64,000 nucleotides of DNA, taken from NCBI RefSeq assembly GCF_006345805.1, contig NC_043015.1:2666001-2730000 (forward strand), in the 5' to 3' direction. The notes beneath the pieces are model-generated. The model was given only the letters and a program-made list of their open reading frames with translations. It searched no databases and was not told the origin of the DNA. Of the stretch, positions 1-13,300 are shown one piece after another; position 1 is the first letter of the stretch; each line of letters opens with the position of its first letter. This DNA is from Octopus sinensis (lineage: Eukaryota). The translations under genes and the position numbers were made by a program.

Positions 1-1532
1 CATTTCTTACATAAAAAAAATAAATAAACATTCCATTATAGAAGAAAAACACAGAATTTCCAAATACTAATTATCTCAAACTCCCAAGAATCTGAGCTCG
101 CGTACAAATACCCTAAGCTAAATATTACCACCACAGAGCAGTAATAATAAGCTTGTATAAATTATACGCCATCACACGTATTCCATTAAGTTCATTCCGA
201 GGAGATATGGAGATACATATATAAATAATCGACATAGCAAGAAATAACGTATGGTAATGTTACATAGAACAGAAAATAGAACAAGGAAATAGCATTTTAA
301 AACACATCGGAAATGGATTATTGCCTCCGCTACTTCTCAGCTGCGGGATAAAATTTCTGAAAACAACGTCAAATGAAATGTGAATTTTGTGGCAGGAAAA
401 TTAAATAACGTTTCAATAATTTCGTTCAACTCTTTCATCGATATGCCAAGGAGCGCAGCTGTTAGTTTTGAGATAAAGAAAGAAAAAAATACTGTTTACT
501 TTGAATCAGAGCTAAGAGAAAAGCTAATTAAAGGCAGATCAACGAATGATATTTAAAATTTAATTTTCAGTTAGTGAGGTTTAAATAGCTTGGGTTTTCT
601 CTTTCTTTTTCTTTTGTTCTCTTCTTTTATCTTGATTTTTAATTTTTTGTGTTCTTTGTAATGTTTTCTCTTCGCTTTATTTACACTATACTGAAAATTA
701 GTAAGCGTAATGTGTGTGGAAATTAGCTGCACTCTTCTCTATATCATAATTACGTTGATAAATTCATACGTGCCTACACAAACGCATACATACATACATA
801 CACACATGTACATTTACATATACATTTCTATATAACACAGAAGCTACATACACGCACATACACATGCACGGATACATATACGCACGGAGAAAAACATAGA
901 TATAGGTATACGCAGTTGCACGAACATAGCGATACGTATGCGATGGAGTAAAATAACACTAATCAATTTCTGCTCTTCCACTATCACCTCTCGTCCGGGA
1001 ATTTGAACTTGAAATCGATAACTGTCACATCGATTAAAACGTGTAGCTCATCTACTATACATTGTGCTGTATTTGTCTCATAAACTAGATTTGAATGGCT
1101 TGGTTTTATTACCGTTACACAAGTTAGAAATCAATGAGCAAAATGTGTATTTTTCGCTCACAATGTCATCATAGTCAGTTATTAGACTTTATCAATGGAA
1201 CTACATCTCCAATGCTAAATCCATATTAGCAGGAATCGAGTTAATTTGATTATTCGAAATATTTACTTCCTCAATCCCAGATGTTAAAGATTAAACTTCT
1301 GCAAGTTTAAACAATATCAAAACTAATCCAAATAAAATTAACCTCTTTACAGTATACTTGCTCTTTTGTACTTTTACGTCAGATTTGCAAAGATGCTTCG
1401 GCAAATGTTGAACGATCGTACACTGTGAATGCTTGTACATACATATCGCAGATTAAATAATTAATGGCTTTTGCATCCTCCTCCTTTTGTATAAGCATGT
1501 ATCAATGTTCCTATACATATGTGCTGAAAACA

Positions 1533-1533
1533 A

Positions 1534-1627
<94 letters not shown>

Positions 1628-1670
1628 GACCGCACACATATATCTCTATGTATGTATGTATGTATGTATG

Positions 1671-1724
<54 letters not shown>

Positions 1725-1908
1725 TATATACGTATATACATCTACACATATGCATTATTATTATATATATATATATATATAATATATATATACATAAATA
1801 TATATATATACATATATGTGTGTGTGTGTATATATATATAGATATATATACATACATATATATAAAGAGAGAGAGAGAAAAAGAGAAACAGAGAGAGAGA
1901 GAGTATAT
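1533..1908. repeat. compound microsatellite (TA)n/(CA)n/(TATG)n/(GA)n
   Basis: Read directly; explains the YIYI-type ORFs at 1453-1971. Confidence 0.97.
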
Positions 1909-2311
1909 CCCAGCTGTTTCATGAATTAGAGTAAATGCCAGCTGTTTCTCTAAATATACATGCCTTATCATAACATGGATTTTTTAAAAATATAATCTCT
2001 GTCTCTAAAGAATTTCACACAGGTAATTCCATAAACGTCTAACATGAAAAGCAATGTGATTCTGTTAGATATCTAACTATCAATTAGCAAATGCAACACT
2101 GTTAACTGTGAAGAGATAATACCAAGCATCTTGTAACTTCCTATTTTTCACATAAAGAAGTGAGAATGCCTGTGGAAAATTCGGGATGTGATGTGGAATC
2201 AGTGTATTATTTAGCTACCTTTTACACTTTAAAAGGTACAATAGGTGTAAAGAATGGAACACTAGTGTTACATGTGGGAATAGAGTTTTCTTGGGACATG
2301 AATTAGAGAAA

Positions 2312-2370
2312 ACAACAACACCTACTACTACTACTACTACTACTAATAATAATAATAATAATAATACTAA

Positions 2371-2434
<64 letters not shown>

Positions 2435-2592
2435 GCTACTACTACTACTACTACAACCACTACTACTACCGCTTCTGATATGACTACTATTTCCACCACC
2501 AGCATGTCGACCACTACTACAACTACCACCGTCAATAACAGCAACAATAGCACTAAAAGCATCGCTGTCACCACCGACAACGACACCACCAC
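2312..2592. repeat. compound trinucleotide microsatellite (ACT)n/(AAT)n/(GCT)n
   Basis: Read directly; source of the poly-T/N/V/S ORFs. Confidence 0.95.
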
Positions 2593-2594
2593 CT

Positions 2595-2885
2595 TGTTTA
2601 AGGTTGTTGAACGAAACATCCATGTTTCCAGATGTGAACAGTTCAAACCTCAAATAATTCGTCTCAACACATGGCTATGATATTTCCCCAATGCTTCTAG
2701 TAGTGATCAGAGATGGACATAACATTAGCCACCAAGGAAATTCTAAACTGTTATTATTAAAACAACTGACAAGCAAATCTGTGATTCTGGGGAGAATATT
2801 TCTTGTAGCCCACCTCTTATACCAAGGCAAAATATGTACATGATAAAACTTCCAATCAGTTAAGATCAAAAGCCATGAGAGCATT
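2595..2885 (-). mobile_element. interspersed repeat, SINE-like 'family D' copy
   Basis: Reverse complement (catggcttttgatcttaactgattggaagtt...cttggtataag...aaatattct...cacagatttgct..tcagtt) aligns with 39570-39715 on +. Confidence 0.65.
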
Positions 2886-4965
2886 TGCCTGGCAGTGCAT
2901 CAGGTTATTTATTATTATTATTATTAGTGTTGTAGCTGTTGTTGCTGTTGGTGTTATTATTGAATATATATGCAAGGCCACATTGAGTAAAATTGGTAAA
3001 CAGATGACTAAGTGCCCACACTCTTTAAAGCCTAATTACCAACATGAATTCCCGTGTAGAGCTTTATTTTTTGGTTTATATAGAATTAGTCTACTGGAAT
3101 TGAAAATAAGCAGGGAATACAATAGTCTTCGATTACAAATCTGTCTCATTATACGATGATTCAAAACCCACTTCGATATCAGCATGGTATTTAATTACTC
3201 ATGGAAGCAATCGATCACATTGGACTGTATTGCCTCAACGAATTAGAGTCGTCTAATACTTATTCTGTGATTAATTACTATAGAGTGGGTAAAAAATCAG
3301 AACATAATTTTAAAATTGTGTATAGTTGTGTTTTACAAAACTTGGATTGTGTAAACACATGACACACAGTTTAGCCGCATGAACATACAGAATTCACCAT
3401 TAACCCTGAACATATTTTTAAAAGAACACAATTTTTAAAATAATAGATATTCAGTCTGTGCACTGCATACAATTGTGCTCGAACTAAAGTGAAGAGGCAA
3501 CAACCAGCTTCTGTACAAACATATCACTCCAGTTCTTGCATTAATCCAAATTCCGAAATAGTTGACAATATTTCGTAATAGTAGTGATGCCTTTTATAAA
3601 ATTGAGCCCAGTATATGTTCACTCAAATCTACAATCATTAGCAATATCTGTGGTAGTTAGAATTGTCTCCATACCTCTTCAATATGATAAGAAGACAAAC
3701 TTGTTCCTCATCTCTTTCAAGCAAATCCAATCCTAGTGTGAGCTAAAAACGTACACTTTTCACAGCATCTGCTACAGAGCTGCTATATTTTCAGATACTA
3801 CACTGTAGCGGAGATTAATCTGTTCGGATATAGCTAAATTATTCATCAACCAATGTTTAAATCGCTATGATAGCAAATCTGAAATAGAAAAATTAAAACG
3901 AAAAATATATAAGCATAACGCGAGGAACACTGGCTACTGTAAGAATATCTCATTAGCTTCGTATATTGAAAGAAAAAAGACAAAATTATCTAGTATTTCA
4001 ATATAAGAGGAGTAAAGTCTTACTCGGTTAATACAAATATAGGTTCCTCAGCAAACCTGGAGATATTTCGTAGTTCAACAGAAAGTTTTAGTTGTGCGAA
4101 AATTTCCAGTGTTTTAAGTCCTCAATCAAGTATTGAATACAGGAATCTAGGTTTTATTTATCTAGCAATTAAAAGTTTTATATGCCATTTATTAAGCAAC
4201 AATTTCGCTGTATCTTACGTCACTCTCTGTCTTTGTATATCCTTTACACTTTTTTAATTGCACCGGTTTCTCTTCTAATTCCCACATCATATATTTTCTA
4301 ATTTCACCTTTGTATATTTTCCAGATATATTTTCCCATGAGTAATAATGTTCCGTGTACTTTTACTCCCATCTGCCACTAATCTACTATTCTCAAACCCA
4401 CCCTCTGACACTGTTTTGTGCATTTATCTAATCTTTTTGCAACACTTCCCAACGTACAAAACAGATTACTCTTGTCTAGCTACCGATACCTCTTGATATT
4501 CTATTTGATTCGAGAAAGCTCTGTGACCTAAAAACATCCAAAGGTGAATTGCATTTAGTTCCTATAATATGCTAGTTTGGCTTTTTAATAAACTCGATAA
4601 CGTTAGTGCTCTTACTGCTCTTGTCATATTGAACCAATTATCATTTTATATACACGCATTCATTCTCTATTATTTGAAAGAAGGCTTATGTTTGAAAATC
4701 AAATTACTAGGTGAGTAATATCGTTTAAAATTTTATAATTGTCAACACCAAAGCTAAAATATAATTTGAATTTAAATAGAATTCTATAATTTTATTGTTT
4801 CATAATTTAAAGGTATTTCTCATTAACCCATTTTCCATTAAATATTAATTATATTACAATTCACGTTATGAAGGCCAATATTCCAATAGTAAGAATATTC
4901 ATGATAGTAAATATAATTATCTTGAACGTTAAAACACGCTTATTATCGTATGACAATTGTTATTG

Positions 4966-5494
4966 TTTTATTTACGTACACTTATATCTTTAACTGTTAT
5001 CTTTATAGATTTAATTTAGAGTGCATTCAGGTTCCTTAACTTCTGCTTTTCTCTTACTTTCCGGAATTTCTCAAAGCGCAAGCAACACCATGAACTCGAC
5101 AGCTTTCCTTATTCGATTCTCCAATATAGAGTTTTCATTGATTCACCGTATATTAACTATACGCGCAATAAATAATATAACTACTAAATGACCAAGTGAC
5201 AGACAAATCCATACTTAAAGACCACAGATTCAACCTGCATTATTACGTTACAATATTACACTCTTGTTGTTAAATGTATTTTCCCCACTATGTATTTATC
5301 TGTGTACCTTTCATTCTTTATCTCCTATGTATATTTCATTATTCATTATCTATACTTGATAGTTTTTCTGCCTCTATCTACATTTGTATTTTCTCCCTTT
5401 CCTCACATTGTTCTTCATTTTTACATTCCACACATGCGTTGACTTCTTCTTTCTACAGCTCATTTTATTTACGTACACGTATATCTTTAACTGT
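4966..5494 (-). mobile_element. degenerate Penelope-like remnant bounded by 32-bp direct repeats
   Basis: ttttatttacgtacac(t/g)tatatctttaactgt occurs at 4966-4997 and 5463-5494. The minus frame at about 5050-5185 reads IIYCAYS*YTVNQ*KLYIGES, resembling a GIY-YIG start. Confidence 0.4.
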
Positions 5495-5939
5495 ACACAT
5501 GTCTGAAACACCAATGGAAAGCGAAACAACAGAAGGAAAGTGCCACAAAATTGTGCGATTCCAATAATTTTCCGAGGTTATTTTAATTAATAGAAAATAA
5601 TTTTGCAAGCAGCTTGGTTTATTTGATAGACATATGATAAGCAGCTTTCTTTATTATAGTGACTAATTCGAAGAAACATTATTCACGCATCGTTACTCTC
5701 GTAATGCAAAGCTTTGTATTTTTTTGTTCAAATGAAACCTGGTCGCAGGAGAGCTCTGTATTTTAAATAACTATAGCTGGTTGTTGGGATAACGTAGACA
5801 AATTTGAAAATAAAAAGTAAAGTTTGTCTGGTAGCCAAAAGATTATTGAACCTTTTGGTGCCCATATATTCAATATCGGCAACTCAGTTTTCGAAACCAT
5901 GGGGAAAAACACATATGCACGCACACACGTAAACAATCT

Positions 5940-5986
<47 letters not shown>

Positions 5987-6185
5987 TGAGAGATAAATCA
6001 GGATAGAGAAGAATAATTAATAAAATAGTAGATACAAAAATAAAAACAAGATAATAAAATTCACGGCACATCATGCTCCATAGAGTATGGAGAATTTGCT
6101 GTTTGATCCCCGTCAAAGGAAAGTAGGAATGACAGTCAAATCAAATCAAGATATTCGTCCTAATTTTGTCTTGCTATCTTTTCCC

Positions 6186-6244
<59 letters not shown>

Positions 6245-6452
6245 GAGAGAGAGAGTGAGAGAGAGATAAAACTTACTTGGAAAAGGATGCGTGGCGTTCG
6301 ATCATATAATAATATAAATAATATATAAATATATGCGTATACACATATAGAGTTAATCTAAATATGAAAGCACAAAAAAAAAACGCAACAACGCGAGGAC
6401 GTGGATCTAATATAGTATTATTGGACGCTCAGGAAAGAAGGAAAGAATGAGG

Positions 6453-6487
6453 GCTTAACGTTTCGAGCGGAGCTCTTCGTCGGAAAC
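6453..6487 (-). ncRNA. minimal hammerhead-ribozyme-like motif
   Basis: Minus strand reads gttt-CCGACGA-a-GAGC tcc GCTC-GAA-ACGT-T-aagc: 4-bp stem I, stem II, palindromic ACGT stem III; U4 is C. Confidence 0.55.
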
Positions 6488-6610
6488 ATAAGAGAAGGAA
6501 AGATCCAGAGAAGGGGAGACAGAGGAAAAGAATCGCCAACGGTACACACACGGTCACATTTTGTATATGCACATACCTACATATATATGTATACATACAT
6601 GCATATATAG

Positions 6611-6891
6611 GTACAGGATATCAAAGAACGTTGAACACAACGAAAAAACAGAGAACAAGACATACAACACAAGGAATATTCCCCTTCTTCAGTTGTCCCT
6701 GTTTCGTCTACTCTGTGTCTACCTTTGAAACACGGAGCACACGAAACAGGGACAACTGAAGAAGGGGAATATTGCTTGTGTTGTATGTGTTGAACTCTGT
6801 TTTTTCGTTGTTTGAAAAAAGTCCGTTTCCATGTTTTTGCTGTTATGTTTTCGTTTCTCGTTGTGTTGAACGTCTTTTGTATACCCTGTAC
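6611..6891. mobile_element. fold-back inverted-repeat element (Penelope-LTR-like or MITE)
   Basis: Outer arms gtacagg..acacaacg / cgttgtgt..cctgtac. Inner arms of about 70 bp (aatattccccttcttcagttgtccctgtttcgt / acgaaacagggacaactgaagaaggggaatatt) around a spacer of about 35 bp; the arms contain CTGAAGA and GAAAC. Confidence 0.75.
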
Positions 6892-6976
6892 CCATACATC
6901 AAGTATTAAAGAATGTCGTTGTTATGTATATATACATATAAGTGTAGCTATGCACATATATATAGATATGTATATG

Positions 6977-7017
<41 letters not shown>

Positions 7018-7287
7018 GCATATATGTATGCATATATGCACATATATAGACATGTATATATGCATATATGTATGCATATATGCATATATATGCACATATA
7101 TATATATATATTATATATATATATATATAATATATATATATATGTATATATAATATATGTATATATTATTTATATATTATATGTATATATATGTATGTAT
7201 GTATGTATATATATATATATATGCACGTACACCTTTTCTATATTCTGTTTTCTATTTTCTATTTACTCTCCGTTTCTCTCTTTGTTC

Positions 7288-7323
7288 CTTTCTATCGAAG
7301 AGCTTCGGCTCGAAACGTAAAAG
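7288..7323 (+). ncRNA. degenerate minimal hammerhead-like motif
   Basis: cttt-CTATCGA-a-GAGC TTCG GCTC-GAA-ACGT-A-aaag: perfect stem II with cUUCGg tetraloop; the CUGAnGA box is mutated. Confidence 0.45.
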
Positions 7324-8792
7324 ACGTTCTCACTTCATGTGCGTTAAACTAATACATCTGTTTGTTGTTTACACACCTGTCCTCGTCTTTTTTTTTTTTG
7401 TAAATTCTTACTGTGACAATAGCAGCTCTTGTCATATGAGTTTCTAGTTAATACCTATGTACTATGAACCACATTTCTTCAACTCGGCACTTGAATTTGT
7501 TAAATTTTCGTGAATTTTACATAACATAAATTAACCTGTCAAATGGACGTGATCTGAAGGAAACAGATGTCAGTAATGAAATACAACACTGCAATTGAGT
7601 AACATTTTTTATTCATTCAGTAAATAGTCAGAAGTTCTGAGACACCCAAATACACACGAATAAAAGCAACGAAGCCCACATGTTATGCACATTCTCAAAT
7701 ACATGAATATAACGCTGCAAACACACATGTGCAATAACTAATGCACGCATTATACTTCTCCTGTTTGTATATGCACGCACTCATCAATTTGAAATATTTT
7801 ATTCATGTAATTATGGTTTTGGTTTCATTTATTCGTGTTACATAAAATCAAAGTAAAAATTAATGGAAGCAATGATTTGAACTGATTTTAAAATTAATAG
7901 CTAGATTTGATTTGACTGTCATTGCCATTTTCCGTTGAGACGGATCAAACAGTAACCCAAATAAAATCAGAAATTTAATTTAAAAAATAGAAATGAAGTA
8001 AAATGGCATGGAAAAGAGGGTAAAAATGCGCGCAGTTTTAGGAAATGAAAAAAGAGCAATGGAAATGTGAACAGGTTAATTTCCAAAAGTAAAATACTAG
8101 AGACAAAATAATAATATGCGTTATGGAAACATGCTCAATACCTCAAAATGTCTTGCATTTCTTTTTCGGAAGCTGGTCTGAAAATAATATTCAATAATTT
8201 GACATAAAAAAAGTGTCATTAGGTCCAAACCTGCGTACATTATGCGATGTTATGATTTTTTAATGATAATATTAGGTTGTTAGTCGAGAAGTGCATATCA
8301 TAGTGTGGCTGTTTGTAGATTTGAATATGGACCGAGATTTACAAGCCGAAAATAGAGATTTATTCAAATAATTAATAGAGTATAAAAAGATTAAACAGGC
8401 ATAATAGTTAGACTGTGCATGCATTTCTTCCTGTAATATTTGCTATCCATTTATGGACGTCGTAGTTCGTGTTATAGTCGCTTGTGCAGAAATACAAACG
8501 TTTAATTATACATCCCACACACATACATGCAATGTCTCAATATAGAAGAATTATCCTCAACATCTATTGAGCACTTATTTCTCATTTTTCATTCCTTCCA
8601 CACAAACGCAACACACACATACACACACAAGCACACACATGCATACACACACGTACACATTGTCACACTTACACATGCATACTCAGTTCAATTTATGGAT
8701 TGTGAACACATATCGGACGATATGCTATATATTATTTGCGAGAGTAACTTAATTCAAGAACTTATAATTTAAAGAGTGGCATCTGTCAGAAT

Positions 8793-9035
8793 ATACCTAT
8801 TTTTTTACTACCTACAAGGGGCTAAATACAGAGAGGAAAAACTAGATCTAGGACAGATAAACGGATTAAGTCAATTAGATCGACCCCAGTACGTAACTGG
8901 TACTTAATTTATCCATCCCGAAAGGATGAAAAGCAAAGTCGACCTTGGCGGAATTTGAACTCAGAACGTAAAAGGCAGACGAAATACGGCTACGCATTTC
9001 GCTCGGCGTGTTAACGATTCTGCCAGCTCACCGCC
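8793..9035 (-). mobile_element. tRNA-derived SINE, family A
   Basis: A-box-like TGGCAGAATCGTT and B-box-like GAGTTCAAATTCC on minus; homologous to copies at 19217 and 42627-43124. Confidence 0.9.
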
Positions 9036-10580
9036 TTTATATGAGAATATACCTAAAACCTTTGACTTGCGGTTCTCTATTGCATCATATTACCATTTGT
9101 GTTTCTAGAGGTATAATAGATGTCTCCTACTTTTACTTGTACAAACAATTTTTGCAACATCCCTCGATATAATTAGACACTAGAAATGACCACCATTTCA
9201 TCAACATTTTAATGATTGAAGTATCCTCATTATGATGACTGATATGACCAAAATATTTGTACACAGATGAATGCTAAATTTATTTTTAGTTATTGCAAAG
9301 CTGATCAGTCCTCTATGAAGTACTTTTCCATCCTTGGTCTCTTATACAAATATATTACTCTCCATCAAATTGCTTCATATTTCAAAATAAAAAAAATCGC
9401 ACCAATTTCAAAAGTGATGTTTCTATTATAGTCCACCCGTGATTCTTTTATTTGGTTGTCAGTGTTATTCGCAATATTTATGATCTCTTTCTTGCCGTGT
9501 GCCAAAATTTGAAATCAATATTTTTGATCTCTTTACTTTATGTATAATTATGACTATTATTTCCTAAATACTTTACTGTTCCCTATTTTCCCAGCATTCA
9601 TAATTTCATTGGCCTTACCAACTGTCAATTGCAACAATATTGGTTAAAATAATTTTGGTTCTCTTTTCACTTCTGCGTTTAAAATCAATTATTTAGCTAC
9701 TTCGTATTTTAAGAGAAATTTAACTGTTTCCATATTTTGAACACTTTATTTTTCTTTCGTTCCTGAATAACCACAATTCGTCGCAATTTCCTTTCCATTT
9801 TCTCTAATCATTCTGCTTAAGACATTTTCTGCCGTTTCCTTATGCGTTTGCATTGTTCAGTGATACACACATTCCTCAAATGTTTGTAACATTATAAATT
9901 CTTAATCAAATATATCATCGTTAAAAAGCATTCTTAGTTTTGCTTATTCTTTAAGGTATGATAATCAGTTACTTATTTAATTAGCCGTCAGTTTTGATTG
10001 AATTGTTGCCATAAGTGATAGATGATCGCATCCGATATCTGCCTCGCTATATCATCGATCATTGCGAAATTCAAGATTTACGCTGCTGATTTATCAAAAT
10101 ATCATTATTTTATGGCATTTCTTATGTGGGTATATTCAAGATAGAATATGATTTCCGTTAAGAGTGTAGCTAGGTACATTGTTTGTATGAAGCAAACATT
10201 GACCATTAACTGTGGGAAAATACAATATTGTAAATAATTACCACAGCTCAAGGAATATAAGAGCGCCTTAAATATAGAGAATAACGCAAAACGCGACAAA
10301 ATCTAACGCGTGGAGTTAATCTTTTTTTGTTAAATATGATGAACAACTATTAAAGAGTATATAAGACTTACTGAACAGTAGATACTAAATGTGTGTAGTA
10401 AGTTGTAATGGTAGTCGACATCAGACACGGAATGTGACGTAGAAAATGAAGCTATAAACCAGCAATCGGAAGGATTTTGAATGGCTTAAAAATCATATGG
10501 TTATGCGATATATACCGGTATTTGAATGTGTGCTGAAACATGTATATATATATATATAATATATATATATATGTGTGTGG

Positions 10581-10964
10581 TTAGCCATATTCAAATGGCA
10601 AATATACGTCACGATGTGTTGCTGCTACTGTTTATAACTCGCTCTGAGATTTATCATTGTTTGATTTCAATTTTTCAATATCAGTGTCAATCGATACTGG
10701 AAAAAGTACATGTATTTGTGGAGGGAACCGACTTCCCGTCGACAACTATGATTGTCACACGCCGATGACGGGTCAATACCCTGAAACGCGAGTCCGTGTG
10801 TATCATAAGTTGAAGACGAGAAGGATGGCTTCCCTTCGCAAATAGGGGTAGGGCACAGACAGTGTGTCTATAGCCAGCTGGAGGAGGTGTCCTCCTGGGG
10901 CTACAAGCTACAGTAGCATCCACCCTTAGGGATTAGCCATATTCGAATGGCAAATATACGTCAC
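10581..10964 (+). mobile_element. retrozyme-like non-autonomous retroelement (352-bp monomer plus 32-bp terminal redundancy)
   Basis: Direct repeat ttagccatattc(a/g)aatggcaaatatacgtcac at 10581-10612 and 10933-10964; internal hammerhead; flanked by (TA)n/(TG)n; no meaningful ORF. Confidence 0.7.
10747..10807 (+). ncRNA. type I hammerhead ribozyme (U4C variant)
   Basis: cacacg-CCGATGA-c-GGGT caat ACCC-t-GAAAC gcga GTC-cgtgtg, with distal stem I pairing tatga/tcata; predicted cleavage after C10794. Confidence 0.75.
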
Positions 10965-10968
10965 TATA

Positions 10969-11066
<98 letters not shown>

Positions 11067-11993
11067 AGATATATATATGTAAGAGAAACATATTGCATGA
11101 AATGTATATATAATTGCTTTCACAACTGAGTTTTCAGTTGAAATTCGAGTGTCAATGTTATATTAGAAAATTACTGGTCTGAGACATGATGAAAGTGCCA
11201 TATTTAAATGAAAATAAGAATGCATTGTCAATGTTTAAATAATTAACGATGGTTGAACCGATGAGAGCTTAATATGTCTGGGAAAGAAGCACACCAAAGG
11301 ACGAGGTTACTTAAAGTTTAAAGGGAAGATGTGACATGGTGGGGTGAGTTTGTGCGAACGGTTACTGAAATAATTGTTACTATCAGTAACAATAAGGGAA
11401 ATTTACTTGCATAAGACAGGGTAACTTATCAAAAGTTTTGAAGTGGATAGTGATATGGAAACAATCGCCACATTGCGTTTCATAGAAATACCCCAGTTAA
11501 AGCAAAATACGTATTATTGCAGATATACCTGAAAAAATATTATTGTACTTAGGAGAATGTAAAACAATAAATAATTTTTTTTTTCCAAAGGAGGTATTGC
11601 GCTGATGAATAAGAATTATGCTTTTTTTTTACATCGATTTGTGCATCACCAGAGTAGAGCAAAATATATTTCGTGTACAACATGTTAATGAATCAATTAT
11701 TATGAGCGAAATTATTTATTTCACATTGGTATCACGTTGACAAACGTTTGCTGCAATATTATTCAAGTCACAAAGAGAAAAAAGGAGGAACATATTCTGT
11801 ACATATTCCCTGTCAAGAAATTTTTACATGTTTGTGTGAGTCTATATTCGTTGTTAATGGTTTCGGATATATTGAAAACAAGACAGCATGAAATATTATC
11901 ATAAACAACACTTATATGAAATACTACCATCTCCGTGATCCATTTTTGAAATTTTAAACAATCGCATAGGTAGGAGGAGTTATTTTTCGTTTA

Positions 11994-12031
<38 letters not shown>

Positions 12032-12320
12032 CATATGCATACATATATATTTATACACATTAAATCATTGAATATTAATTGAAACGGCTATAAAAAGGTA
12101 AAATTACTAATTTGTTAATAATAAATAAATGTTATCCCTACTTTCCATTTTCCTTTCTTCAATTCCCTGGATGTAAACAATTTGCTTGATATATAAGTGT
12201 AGATGTACGGGAATTTCCCCAATAATACCAGGTATTGAACCAGTACTTCCGTGGAAATAACCAGTCCTTCACTATGTTAACATACCCTGAAATTAAATAT
12301 ATATATATAATATATATATA

Positions 12321-12354
<34 letters not shown>

Positions 12355-12469
12355 TAGTAGCTATTTAGGTGTGGGAGCACCAACTTAAAAAGTTTTAGTA
12401 GAAGAAATATCGCCCCCCCCAGGATGTATTCGTTTGAAGCCTAATACTTATTCTCGAATACCTAGAGAC

Positions 12470-12960
12470 AGAGAGAGGAGAAAAACTAACTTTGCCATGT
12501 CATGGATTGATTATCGTAGGACATACGATATCATCCCATATTCTAGGATTATGAAATTTATAAACGTATTAGGTATTGCATCTAATGTTGAACGATTTCT
12601 TAGAAAAGGTATGACGAATTAGAGGACGGCACTGGCAGTGTATTGAGGAGGTCTAGTGACAATAGAAATCAAGAAAAGCATTTTCCAAGGGAACTGTTTT
12701 TCCTCACTGAACTTTGTATTGTTCATAAAACAACTAACCCTTGTTCTGAGAAAAGCAAACGCTGGGTATGTATTTCAGAGCCGCGAACAAAATGTCAACC
12801 ACGTTCTATTCATGCTCGGGTTCTGGACTTCACTATATAGGACACACCAGTATGAAATTGAGATGGAGAACCACTCTAAATAATGAGTAGATCTGGTTCC
12901 AGCAATACGGACAGATAGATTCTTCTAACTGAACATATAGAGAGATTCGCAGGTAACACC
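12470..12960 (+). mobile_element. degenerate R4/Dong-like LINE fragment (RT)
   Basis: Translated motifs WIDYRRTYD, IFQGN..SSLNF and VNHVLFM match R4-clade RT (WIDY.KAYD, IFQGD.LSPLLF, NHLLFMDD); contains stops and frameshifts. Confidence 0.75.
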
Positions 12961-13200
12961 AAACCAAATTTCCCAGATATCCCTTCTACGAGTGCAAAGA
13001 TACAATTTCTTTACAAGAACTTTAAGATAAAAAAAATTATATTCATTGAAAAATACAGAACATGTCTAAATATACACAGCATAACCAACTGTGATCTTTA
13101 CTACATATTTAAATTCAGGATTACATACCCATCACCATGCATTTTCCCCATTACTCTAGTTTATTTTAGTTTTTGTCTATACCTACGTACCAACCTACGT

Positions 13201-13300
<100 letters not shown>

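Noticed and set aside
1453-1971. Long ORFs rich in YIYI/VCVC (also 6812-7447, 21731-22275, 26505-27086, 63602-63910)
   Set aside because: They are translations of dinucleotide microsatellites.
9100-9960. Possible decayed transposase on the minus strand
   Set aside because: Multiple stops in all frames and no diagnostic motif recognised.
10581-10964. CRISPR-like or LTR-retrotransposon interpretation of the 32-bp direct repeats
   Set aside because: Only two repeats, a 320-bp interval, no TG..CA ends, PBS or PPT, and a eukaryotic context.
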